Below are positions 26,294-38,527 of a DNA stretch of 64,000 nucleotides, in pieces. Each line of letters begins with the position of its first letter. Position 1 is the stretch's first letter. The DNA comes from Yuukianura sp. NJ FZ-2021. Its lineage: Eukaryota. A program made the translations under genes and the position numbers. The notes under the pieces were generated by a model. That model was not told where the DNA came from and searched no databases. It was given only the letters and a program-made list of their open reading frames with translations. The DNA is taken from contig CM102285.1 in the NCBI GenBank assembly GCA_046563655.1, forward strand, positions 5,146,001-5,210,000. The letters are read 5' to 3'.

Positions 26294-27312
26294 AGAGTAA
26301 TTCGCTGTGCTCGTCGACGAGAAGAATCGACGAGCGGGTGAGTTCCGAACCCCCGGAGAGACCACGTGAGAGGACTTTCTCCGTTCGTAGATCCGTAGCG
26401 ACGAGAGAATCGACGAGCAAAACAGGGTTTTGCTCGTCGATGTTCTCGTCAATTCTCTGCATCTACGAATTCAATTATTTTGTGTTTTTAAACGATTTAT
26501 ATACATAAATATGTTATATATAAATATTATATAAGTATATAATAAATATATTATATAAATATTATATATATATCATATGTAACTCATATTAAAACACTAA
26601 ATAACTGAATATGTATTGTTAATGAGCCACCATTTGGTTATACATTAGGTTTTAATATATATTAATTATATATTGATATATATTTAATATATTCATGTAT
26701 ATACTGGTTTATACTTGGTTTATTATGTTATATTTATTATCATATTTATTATATATCATATATGATATATTATATGATATGATATATAATATACATATAT
26801 GATATATGATATATTATATGATATATAATATACATATATAATATATCATATACATACTTACATGATATACGCATATATGATATAAATACTATACTATATG
26901 CATCCTGTAGTATGTAGGATAGTATAGTATATATAATATAGTATATAGTATATATGGTATTGTATATATAATACAACCAACTGGGTATATATCGTAATAT
27001 AGTAAGATATAGTAATATATAATATATCCAACTGGGTATATATATAGTAATATAGTAATATATAGTAATATATAAAGTGATATAGTAATATATGTACTTA
27101 ATATATTAAAAATTAATATATAATTAAGTTGCAGTGCTGTTTCTATGTGTCAGACTTTGGGAAATTTTGAAAAATCGCACTGGCGCCATTTCATCTCGTC
27201 GACGCGTTCAGAAAAACTCTTTTTGAGGATCTACGAAGACGACTGACGAACAGAGAAAGTTCTCTTCGTCTTCGGCGATTCTCCTCGTCGACGAAATACA
27301 GCGAATTACTCT
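26294..27312. mobile_element. Non-autonomous TIR element with 3-bp AAT TSD (Harbinger-group-like) and an AT-rich low-complexity core
   Basis: Perfect 15-bp TIR AGAGTAATTCGCTGT, with AAT at 26291-26293 and 27313-27315. Subterminal TCGTCGACGA/TCGACGAG repeats flank a TA-rich core at about 26500-27120. Confidence 0.8.
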
Positions 27313-28985
27313 AATTTTCTGGAACATTTTCGTCTTCTGCACAATCACTTTGCTCTCCACATTCGCCATATCCCTCTGAAACATTTTCCAAAAAATCACC
27401 TGATCGCAAAGACCCCGTCACAGGTTTAATTACTATGCCACTTCCACGGTTAGTAACACTTCCGTCACAACTTGCACGAAAACCGTTTCTTCCAAAAAAT
27501 TGCCTCGAACGGAAGCCAACGGTGTTGACTCTCATGGGTCTTGGGTAATTTCCATAATTTTTGTTGATTTCATGTGCCAATATAATGTCACTTATCTCTT
27601 TTCCAGAATTAAAAATTTTTGATGGTACTTGGTCACATTTCATGAATTTCTTGTTCGCTTGGTCACATTTGTCACATTTCTCGTTTACTTCAACTTTTGA
27701 ATCACTGAACTTTTCCCCATTATTGATAGACACTGCTGCCATTTTATTTTGATTTTAGTGGTAGACTTCGGAACTTTCGAGGTGGTTGGTGCTGAAGTGA
27801 ATTGCACGTTTTGCAGGGCCGAATGATGGATGAATCCGACTGTATCTTAATGTGAATGAAAAGGAGCAATTAAAGTCTAATGTAAGTAAAATGGATTGGA
27901 AGAACCCGGTTGACACTGCAGAAACGAAGGGCCGACCCTGTGTGCTACCCCGAACTGACCAATGACCAATATTCCAAGTTGACCTCCAATGCTTCTATTT
28001 AATTAACTTTATTTACTGATTGAAAGAAAGAGTCGACTCTAATGTAGAGATCGACTGACCAAGTTACAAAATGAAATTTTCAGAGAGACTTCCACAAAAG
28101 AACTCTAGTACATTACTGACTGTTGAAAATTGAAAAGTGTGCAGGACAGTCCGGTTTTGCACACGACACTAAAAGAGGTGTCTAAAAATAAGAACTGCGA
28201 CGCGTGTATGGTAATAAAGTACGAAATGTAAAATTGGTTTGTAGAAAACTAAAGACATTTTGTTGAAAGCTTAAAAATCCTAAAATAAAAGCTTAATCCT
28301 GTGAGTCGACTCAAATCTCCCAAACACCGAAATCAGGGCCTCCGTCGAACGTGCACTTTCACTTTCACTAGAAGCCACCGCAGCGACTCCCTGTGTCACT
28401 TTTCGAACTACATTATGCATGCGTTCCATTATTTTGTGCAATACCACATGCACAATTTTTTCTACATCACCTTTTGTGTACACTGCCATGCTTGTCCTTG
28501 CTTTTTATATCCCCTGATGTTCCACCGCAGCAGAAACTAGATCCGGCTTATGTAGCACAATGGTACTAAATAATCACTTCCTTAACTTAGCACTTGACAA
28601 TTTCATTGATTACTGGTTATTCGTGACCTTTCACCTGGGCGAAAGCCACTGTTAGTGACTCCCATACGAACAAATTGGCGAAAGCCGCTGTTAGCGACTC
28701 TCATGCATGAATTTATGTACAACACACTTTGTAGATGCAAAATTTTTACAATTTTTACTCACCTTTATCTTTCTTGACCTTTGGTAACCTCGAAGCCACT
28801 GGATCTGCGCACGAACGGTCGCCATGTGTAACGCCCCACGGCGCTAACTAAACTGATCCTCTAACTCACTCAAAAGCCGAAGATGAACTAACTATAATAC
28901 GCACAACTTATCTCTCTCTCCACCACACCGCATCTCAAATCTCCCGCGACTCCACTCGCCGCATCTCTACAAATCTCAATTAGAT
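27313..28985 (-). mobile_element. Gypsy-type LTR retrotransposon 5' relic (LTR end, PBS, leader, gag-like ORF fragment 27742-27313)
   Basis: On the minus strand GTTACA-CA is followed by PBS-like TGGCGACCGT (28824-28815), then a long leader and an ORF truncated by the neighbouring TIR element. No second LTR was seen. Confidence 0.5.
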
Positions 28986-28988
28986 AGA

Positions 28989-29267
28989 ATGTTATGGATA
29001 CTATGCCTACGCAGCAGACGCCAACAAATTGGCATTCCGTATACAGAATTCCTGGACGGAGACGCCCTTTTTGCCTTTCAAATTAATACTTTTGACAGCG
29101 ACATGTATACGGTGATGAACCAAGGAACATTGCGACTGGAGTTTGGCTTTGTCAAGGACACGACCGATCAAATGGCTGCCGTAATCGTGGCTATCCAAGA
29201 AGCTGAACTGGAGATTGATCGGTTTGGAACAGTACATCCTCCTCAAAGGAAGCTGCAAAAAGTTTAA
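28989..29267 (+). pseudogene. Polinton/Maverick major capsid protein C-terminal fragment
   Basis: GIPYTEFLDGDALFAFQI...NQGTLRLEFGF...ELEIDRFGTV matches the Polinton MCP C-terminal pattern (G..LFAF.L...G.LRLE..F...EID..R.V). Confidence 0.7.
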
Positions 29268-30599
29268 GTTACAACAAAATTCAGAGTTCAAAGTTTTGAG
29301 CAGAGTTCAAACTTTGCTAGAAATCGGAGAAAATTCTTACAAACTTGAAAAAAAAATGACGTTAATTTGAGTATATGAATAATGTGTGGGGCAGTTTAAA
29401 AGAAAGTCGATTTCAACTTTCGCACCGTTAATTTCTCGATTTTCTGGCAGTCGATCAGTGTTGAATAATCGAGCCAATTTCAACTTAGGCACAGATCAAC
29501 TGCCCGTTGATCAGTCTCTATCTAATACCGGATAATTTAACCCTCACCAACTGAAAACTGAAAGTCTGACTGATCTTTGATTTGTTTTATGTTTATTTAC
29601 TTTTTTTAATCAAACCAATTAATCCAAATAAGAAGAGAACCAAATCAGAGCCAATTCCTTGCTTCTTATCTTGTCGGATCTTACAAATCTTATCACTTAC
29701 TACTAGGAAAACTCAAGTTCCCCTTTTCCCACTAACAGTCGAAAACAGAAACGACGCTATCCCTTTTCAAAGTATATTTAGCGCCCATTTCTCAAAATTC
29801 CCAAAATACTCAAAATTTAAAATGACCTTATTTCCAACAATCAGTAATAATCTTTCACAAATTGAGAAAGTCCCTTAAACTAGTGCACGTCCCTTAAACT
29901 GTTTGAAAACGCGTGAAGAAGTGTAAGGGCAAATTTAGTGGTTTGACTAGTTTTTCTGCAATGCAACAGCACAGCAGCATTTCAATGCCTCGGCTATCCT
30001 TTTTTTGTTGCGGTATTGTTACGGTTCTTCTTTTTATTCTCTTAGAAATGATTAAACGTCTGATGCAAATTCCCGGTTGCAAGAAGAGAAAATATAGTAG
30101 TTTATTCTTATTACCTTAACCTAAATTTTACAAATTGAGGGTTTAGTTAGGATTTCCTTAAGGGGTTTTAACAAGGAATAGGTTGGTTCAACTTAAACGA
30201 CCATTTGCCAGAAATCATCCCAAGACTATAGTTTTAGAGCGTAATGAGAACAAGACCGCTGAAGAGGTCTCGTTTCCCTGCTCCTAAATTTCGACTACCC
30301 CCGATCTTCTGGATTTTGGCCGTATTTATACAGAGTTTTGAGAGCGATGCTAACAGGGCGGGTTTACCGTTATATCGGGTTTCTAGAAGTGTCCTTGTAC
30401 ATTTTTAGAATTGGGACAGGGTTAAACAAACTTAATGCCAAACAGTATTTTTTGTTTTATTTTTTATTTTATACTTTTATGTCCTAACAGTATTTAGTAG
30501 TGGAAATCAAACTTTTCTATTTTTCCATTTGAAAATACAGCGACAAATCGGATGACCTGGCCGTATAAATGCATATAAACGGCCAACTGGGATCATACG

Positions 30600-32700
30600 C
30601 AATTGGCATGTGACGTAAGGTCTCCTCAAGTAAGAATTCCATTCCCTGGCTCCCACTTTCTACTGAGAATTAATAAAAGATCCAGTCCACTCAACTGCGT
30701 TTGTTAAGACGAAGGGCTCCCTTCTCCCCTCCAGCTTCGAAAATGGTTAGAAAGACATTCAAATGGCATGTACAAAACAGGTTCCCCTCTGTCTCACCGA
30801 GCTCTCGAATACAACTCCTTTCACTTTATACTATTTTGGACCAAACGCAACAGTACAGCACAGAAATGAAATGTTGAATCCGTGGGGTTAAAATTAAAAC
30901 TTAACCGCCAGGTCATACACAAACTTATACGAAGTAAACAACTATTTCACTGACGATAAACAAAATATAGCCCTTCACCTGAATTTATTAATACGTTTCC
31001 CACTCCAGCGGAAAAGGTGAGAATGTATTCTAATGCAATGGGACAACCCCGGTTTCCCCTATGTCCCACAAGCCCCTCGATTCCAGTATAATTTTAATTT
31101 ACTCAAAGGAAAGGCGACTCCTGTTGACCCCATTGTACTCCGGTGGTGTCACCAACCAAAAAACAAACAACAAACAATAGTTTTTCTTGCATTACTCGCA
31201 AAAGTTCACGTGAGATCTCACGAGATAGCGCCCAAGCTCCTCAATTCCACTATAATTTTAATTTACTCGAGCGAAACGTGACCCACTGCTGATAACATCG
31301 TGCTCAGTCGATATCACTAACAGTACAAACTGTAGGTACCAGACAGTTGAGTAGTTTATTTTCAGACAATGTCAATCCACAAAGTATTTTTTTAACAAAG
31401 GCAAAAAGAGATGTTTTATTGAAAAATAAATGTGGTTAGATTTAAGTTAACGATTCTTTTTCAAATTTTAATCGTGGAATGTCAATTTCAGATTCACTCA
31501 AATGGCTGGATCTCGGGTTCCGTTATACACAATATTTTATGGCTAGAGTATAGTAACGCAATGTCATCGGGAGGTTAAGCGCCCCCCGCTCCAAGCGAAG
31601 GGAGCCCAACTCCATTTTGATTCTGTCCCAAAAAGACCAGAAGACGGAAGAATGCGCCGTTGCGGCTGAAGAGCAGCCAACTCTTCCGCTGTCGTGGGAC
31701 GAATGTCGCCTGGAAGCATTACCTCAACTGATTTCATTAGTGCCAGACTGCACACATCTCCTTTACTAAAACGAAAAAAGAAATTATTAAATGTGTTGCA
31801 AGTATATCATCTCTAACTCTGCTGTGACAAATGTTTAATCGTTTCTTGCGGTCTTAGAAACACACGTCCTATATAAAAGAGGTCCTTCTGTTTTGGGTAG
31901 TCTAGGTAGACGAGGCGGCTGAAGCTTCCGAATATCCTTGCAGAGTTGCTCCCTGTCTTTGTGGCTTCTGTTTAGATTTGACAACTCCGTCACGCCAGGT
32001 AGGGGCGCCCCGCCCGGTCGTTCACTCTCCAGTGTCAGCAGCCACAGATCTGTATGAGAGTCGAAAACATTCCTTAAGTGCTTCTCCCGATCAACCACAA
32101 GCAGTCCCGCGTGATTGACACACAGAGCCACAGCGCTCGCCCCGCGCTCACTCTGCTCCTTCATGTACGTACACGCGTTCAGCTGGGGTGAGAACCCTGT
32201 CAGAAACATAAAAAGGTTTAAATACGTTTCAAATAAAACACGCCCAAATCAAATAGGTTTATTATTTGATGTATAAAATATGTTGAAATTTAAACACGCC
32301 AACAATAAAAATTAGCATACCAATCCTTGTTCAAAGGGAACTTCCTTGCAATTTGGTCGATGACTTCTCCATTCGGGGTAAATTTGTATGGAACGGAAAT
32401 TCGGAAGACTCCGTCGTCGCGGCAAAGATTAAATAGTCTAGACTCGAACAACACTGGAGGACGTGGGTTTTCCTACCAGTGAATTTGCCAGTCCCGTTGG
32501 CGGATCTATGAGTATCGAGTAAGATCATGGGAGTTCATCCCGTACCAGGTATCCAGATTACACTTGTGCTTCTGCTTGTCCTTTGACCTGGAACATGTCA
32601 CGATGACATTTGCCTCGACATTTGCCTTGACAGATTTCTTGGATGACGTTGTTACCAATTTCCTGCTTATATTATTCTTAGCCAATTTACAATACCAAAC
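30600..32700 (-). pseudogene. Degenerate multi-exon coding fragments of unknown family inside the 7.9-kb TIR element
   Basis: GC-richer ORF blocks (31564-31755, 31835-32209, 32331-32528) are separated by short AT-rich intron-like gaps. Stops and frameshifts are present and no domain was recognised. Confidence 0.35.
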
Positions 32701-34220
32701 CTCGACTATGTATTAAACCGAACACAAAACAACTGCACACAGCAGAAATGAAAAGCTAAACAACACTAAAGTACACATGTGCTCATGTATAAGAAAAACG
32801 ACACTTCCACAACAATACAACAGCTCGAAATTCCTTTTTCGGCCAAATCCGACACAAAACAACAATTCAACACAAAGCCAAAATCCTCTGACACTACATT
32901 CATTAATTTAATTAGAACCTTGTTTCTTTCTCAAACCAACAAAAATTAACATGAAAACGAAATCAATGTCATGACAGCAACAGAATACGAGCAGCACCAT
33001 CCCCGCCATGTTGTTGTTTTTCAAAATGGCTACTTAGTAAGGCGACAGTGAGATCTTCACGCCATTTTGAATGTTCAAAATGGCCACTAGTCATAACAAA
33101 GGCGACCATCATGACCATAACGTTTTACACAAACGTTGTGGGGTGAAGGGAGGGCAGGGAACAAAAGTCGTGGGGTGAATGGGAGGGGCAAAAATGACTT
33201 TGTTCCAGTTGGCATGGCATGGCTCTAACTCCTCTCAACATATTGTGTTAAATTTCAAATAATTACTAAAGCTTTTGCTTGTCTTTATAACAGTTTGAAC
33301 GTTTCGTTTAAACGGCGAGTTTACATTAAACGTAAAATATATTACCCATGCAGAAAATTGCACAAAAAAGACATCAAATTATATCCGAAAAATGCCAAAT
33401 CAAATCAAGACATCAAATTAATTTGGTTGAATTATCAAAAAGAAAAATGCAGATATAAAATACTTTTACTGAGGTTTGGTTTTGGTTACTATGCTTTTAC
33501 TATTGAAACTGTAAGTTGTCTTATTATAAGCAACGACGTGCAAGTTTAATATTAAATTTTAAAATATTATTTGTATAATTGCATGGATTCTAGTCTTAAT
33601 TTGAAATTGTAAAACTTACATGAGTAGTGTTGTCCCCACTTAGTTTGTATTGATCACTACAAACTAACTAGGGTCCTGCAGCATAAGGGCTGGGTTGGGG
33701 AGGTGGCCTGGTGGGTCCCACGCGGGTGGCCCGTGTGGTGGCTTATGACCACCATACCTATGGCCATAGGGCATAACCTATACCCGTAGGGCATACTAAA
33801 AAAATCTGAAAAAGAAAAACAAATATTGGGAGTTAGGCTTTTTTATTTCCATCTTTTTATTCACAAAGGTTAGTGTTCGTTGACCTCTGTGACCTCCGAA
33901 TGAATGTGGGAGAGCAAGTGAGTGGTGAAGCCACAGAAAAGTCAGTACATAGAGATGGAATGAGTATGCCTAGCCTTATAGTAAGGTAAAAAGAACAGAA
34001 TGAGAACATCAAATGTAAATTAGTGTGAGTAACTTAGAAGTTGAGGAAGGGAAGAAACGAGTGTTTCTACTGCCTGTCACTAAAGTAAAAATAACCTTAT
34101 TTTAAGAAATGAAATGCATGTGAAATGAAACTAAACTTAGCCTAAAATTATGAACCGTCGGTTTACCCGCCAACATGCCGCCACCCCTGACACGATCGTG
34201 TCGGAAAAATACGTTATATA

Positions 34221-35879
34221 CAGTGGCGGCCAAAATTATTGGGACACCCAGTGTAAAAATTTTTAAACAACGATAACTTTTTAACGAAGTGTCATAATTA
34301 ATAACTCGATACGTCATTTTATTCAGAAAATAGTTCTTTCCAATCTCCCAAGTTTTTAGAACTTAAAGTCAAGCGGTTTATTTTATGGAATTTTTTAAAC
34401 TCAAAACGTCAAAATTCTCGCGGTCAAAATTATTGGGACAGCTGGGGTTTTGGAACGAAATCAACAGTTATTGGCATTAGTCTTCCATCGGTAAGTCACC
34501 TAACTTAATTTTTAGTACTTACTAACACTTGTAGTTAATTGTTGATTAGTTTTTCAGAGATGGTTGGCAATATCAAGGAAGTTCCAGGACCGATACGCGA
34601 CCTAATCATTCAAGGTTGGGTTGGTGACGAAAATGGTACAAAATCAGTTCGTCAGCTGTCCGAATTGTACCACGTACCCAAGTCAACAGTACATAGCATC
34701 ATACAAAGGTACCTCAAGACCGGTCATGTCGAAAACAAAGTCGGAAGGGGCCGTAAACCAATTCTTACTGAGAGGGAAGTTCGCCTGATCACCAAGAAAG
34801 TGAAGCTGGACAATCGAGTAAGCGCCGTAGAACTGTCCAAAACACTCAAAAGTGACCTTGACACCGAAGTCAGCCCCCGTACTGTTCAAAGAGTACTTTG
34901 CAATCAGAATTTGAGAGCTTTCAAGCCGTTGCGAAAACCGTTTGTGTCAAAGAAGAATGCAGCCAAGAGATTGAAGTTTGCAAAAGAACACTTTATGAAG
35001 CCGGTATCGTTTTGGGAAAGAATTTTATTGTCGCACGAGTCAAAGGTCAACGTTTTGGGGTCAGATGGACGAAAATATGTCCGAAGAGGTATTGGTGAAG
35101 CCTTAAAACCAAAGAACCTCAATGTGACTGTGAAACACGGAGGAGGCAGTGTCATGGTTTGGGGCTGCATGGCTACAAACGGGGCTGGAACCTTGGAATT
35201 TATTAACGGAATTATGGATAAATTCGGCTCACTTCGTGTCAAGGTCATTTTTGAGTGTTTTGGACAGTTCTACGGCGCTTACTCGATTGTCCAGCTTCAC
35301 TTTCTTGGTGATCAGGCGAACTTCCCTCTCAGTAAGAATTGGTTTACGGCCCCTTCCGACTTTGTTTTCGACATGACCGGTCTTGAGGTACCTTTGTATG
35401 ATGCTATGTACTGTTGACTTGGGTACGTGGTACAATTCGGACAGCTGACGAACTGATTTTGTACCATTTTCGTCACCAACCCAACCTTGAATGATTAGGT
35501 CGCGTATCGGTCCTGGAACTTCCTTGATATTGCCAACCATCTCTGAAAAACTAATCAACAATTAACTACAAGTGTTAGTAAGTACTAAAAATTAAGTTAG
35601 GTGACTTACCGATGGAAGACTAATGCCAATAACTGTTGATTTCGTTCCAAAACCCCAGCTGTCCCAATAATTTTGACCGCGAGAATTTTGACGTTTTGAG
35701 TTTAAAAAATTCCATAAAATAAACCGTTTGACTTCAAGTTCTAAAAACTTGGGAGATTGGAAAGAACTATTTTCTGAATAAAATGACGTATCGAGTTATT
35801 AATTATGACACTTCGTTAAAAAGTTATCGTTGTTTAAAAATTTTTACACTGGGTGTCCCAATAATTTTGGCCGCCACTG
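34221..35879 (+). mobile_element. Tc1/mariner derivative made of two inverted 5' halves, TA TSD
   Basis: Termini CAGTGGCGGCCAAAATTATTGGGACACC are flanked by TA. The transposase ORF from 34539/34560 has HTH, GRGRKP and VKHGGGSVMVWGC motifs and is truncated at about 35230. 35231-35879 is the reverse complement of 34221-34870. Confidence 0.92.
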
Positions 35880-36029
35880 TACATCTGTAAGGATTACCAA
35901 GTCCTCGACCAAAGTCACTCTTACTGCAGGTCGGATGGGTAATTCGGGCATTGCGAAACGTCACCCTCATCCTCCGGCAAAACTAAAAGGAGACCCAATT
36001 TGTGTAACCTCCTACAGCTCAAGCGACTC

Positions 36030-37050
36030 TTACCAAAGCATGAACATAAGAAGCGACCCGATGATACAAAGGAGTTGTAAAAATAACGAGTACCTGCTCA
36101 GTAGAGGAAAAAACACTTGAATGGTTAAGACCTTGACCTTACGGTTTTCCTTTAGATGCTCAGATGTGAGTGTTTGTGAATTGGAGAACGAAGGTAATTG
36201 AGGTTGTGACAAAAACTCCGGTCCGTTCCACCAGAGCTGATTGTCGACGAGATCATTAAGAGGGATCCCTCTTGCTCCGCAATCGGCAGGGTTAAGTGTC
36301 CCAGGTACGAAATGCCAAGATTCGACTTGTGTGAGCTCTTGGATTTGCGAAACCCGATTGGCCACGAATGGGACCCAGCGACGAGAGGAAGATGAGATCC
36401 ACCGCAAAGTGATTTCACTGTCAGTCCAACAATAGATAGACAGTTTGGATCCAAACTAGAAAAAAGAAATTAGTTTCGATAATAATAAAGCACCAGAAAG
36501 TTCGAGCCTCGGTATGCTCTGTGCTTTGACTGGCGCTACTTTAGTCTTGGAAGTAAGAATTCGTAATATTCGTAGATCGTTATTAAATGTTCGGAGGTAG
36601 ACCACTGCACAGTAGGCTCTTTCGGAGGCATTCGAAAATCCATGTAATTCCTTTCGTTGGTAATTTGGTATAATCACACAACGTGGAATGGCAATGTCAC
36701 TAAGACATGACAATGATGAGCCAATGTTTTCCAGAGGGATCTCTAAGTGCATTAGGCACAGAGAGGACCACGGCGATGAGGCGCACTATCGGGTCTATTT
36801 CGCATGATGAGCCAAGGTGGGTCCACCTTTTTAAAAAGTCCTCGGGCAGGTTATCATCCCAACCAATTCCCAAGGTCCAAAGACTCTGAAAGAAAACTTT
36901 TACCGAAACGATGAATGGAGCGAGTAGCCCCAGTGTTTCAAACAACTTTGCAATGTCACTTAAAATGGTACGTTTTGTTATTACCGATGTTTGGTCAAAC
37001 CTAAATCCTGTGAAATGGAGGAGATCAGAATTTGGTGTGCATTGAACATT
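36030..37050 (-). pseudogene. BEL/Pao retrotransposon pol fragment (RT end and RNase H region), frameshifted
   Basis: Motifs LGLLAPFIV, GIGWDDNLP, ELHGFSNASERAYCAVVYLR, SKTKVAPVK, IPRLELSGA, FVANRVSQIQE and NPADCGARG. Confidence 0.92.
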
Positions 37051-37921
37051 TCCATTTCCTTCAGGACGTAATATCCGTCACGCATTTCTTTGAGGGGTTC
37101 TTGGTCGAGCTTGCGGTCCATGGCTCCTGCAAGATGACTGGATCACTTTGACTGGGAGAATGCTCAAATTTATATGAATTTTTTTAAGGTGACTTGAAAG
37201 GGTCATCGCAGTGTTATTTCTATAACTTTGTTTTCAACTTATTGTGTTCAGAGTCTCCGCACAAAATCACCCGCCAACCTCACAAGTAAAAACCATTTGA
37301 AAATTTTTGTATTTCCTTTGTAATTGAGGTTGACTTCGTAATGTTATTCAAGAACCCTTTGGTTTATGATGCACTCAAAATTGATGAAGTTCCTTGTTCA
37401 GTGAAGAAAAACAAAAACAGTCCTTTGACAAAGTCAACAATTTTCAAGGTATTCCAAGAGAAAGCTATAAAACTGCAAATCATCTGATTCAAATGAATTT
37501 CAAGAGTACCAATTCCAAATCATGCGCAATTTTTTTTTACAAATTCCAAACTTGTTTCTGCTCATGTGCACATCAGCTGAGTCAAATGATTCAATAGAGA
37601 CAGTTATGTTTGTATTTTTGGTTGGAGTGACCATTTCATCCAATTGTTGTTTTCACCAAAGTGAAAGGATCCAAAATCGGATCGGAAAGTGCAATGGTCC
37701 AACTTTAAAATGATATTAAATTATTTTACTGAATTAAAAATTAGTCTCAACCCATATCTACCTTATGCTTTGCTGATAGTTTACACTGAAAGTTTTCATT
37801 TTAAAATCGTTTCCCGTGGAAGTTAGGGTGTTAGCATGGGTAAACGTTCAAACATTCAAAGTTAGTGTGTTTATGATGTTTATGTAAACGTCCACGTACA
37901 ATAGCAGTCAAGCCGGCTAGG

Positions 37922-38464
37922 TTGGTGGATTACAGTGACAGTGAAGAAAGTGACTCCAACACACTTCCCCCTGCAGTAAACACTTCAACTTTGCGTAGAC
38001 GTGAGTGCATTACGTGTCAAGAACGTTTTGCAACCGTTGTAAAATTCCAGGTACATTTGCAAAAGTTTCATATGGAGCTTTATAATTTTCAAGTGGGATT
38101 TGGACGAGTTAATAATCCGCTAAAACTGACGCCCCGCTCAAGCGCACATGGCGACCATTATCAAGAGTTTAACATCGATTTTCCAAGTGAGAGTAAAATA
38201 ACTATGGAAGGCGATGTTAACTTTGTTTTGAGACAAGCTCAACAATATTTTAGACAGAATTGAAAGTTATACGTCGCTAGGTTCAAACTTTACGTTTCTA
38301 AACGTCATTACCTTTTCAGTTACTATAGCTAAACGCAAGTGTTTTCCGGGGGAAGTTTGCGGTTTCTTCCAGATATTTTGAATAGAAAAATTCGTCACTT
38401 GGTGGACGTTCCTGGAGATAACAATTCATGCTTTAAGCGGGCAGTTTATTTACATCCTCAATGA
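37922..38464 (+). pseudogene. N-terminal fragment of a Polinton-type PolB-associated ORF (C2H2 finger plus conserved motif)
   Basis: CITC...HLQKFH zinc finger, then SGGSLRFLPDILNRKIRHLVDVPGDNNSCFKRAVYLHP at 38345-38464, resembling the GSSYI.LP...K.I.N..N.D..CF.WA motif of Polinton polymerase genes. Confidence 0.6.
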
Positions 38465-38527
38465 TTCTGGAAAAAATTGGATGGGCGGCCATGCTGAATG
38501 CAACTCCTCCTGCAGCACACAAGGAGA

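Larger units (their letters stand above)
25326..33230. mobile_element. 7.9-kb TIR-bounded element with no recognisable transposase, containing nested relics
   Basis: About 150-bp imperfect TIRs: AGTTAGAGCCATGCC...GTGGCCATTTTG at 25326-25474 and CAAAATGGCCAC...GGCATGGCTCTAACT at about 33077-33230. The TSD was not resolved. Confidence 0.75.

Noticed and set aside
25326..33230. Polinton identity for the AGT...ACT-ended element
   Set aside because: No 6-bp TSD, and apart from one nested MCP fragment no core Polinton genes lie between the TIRs.
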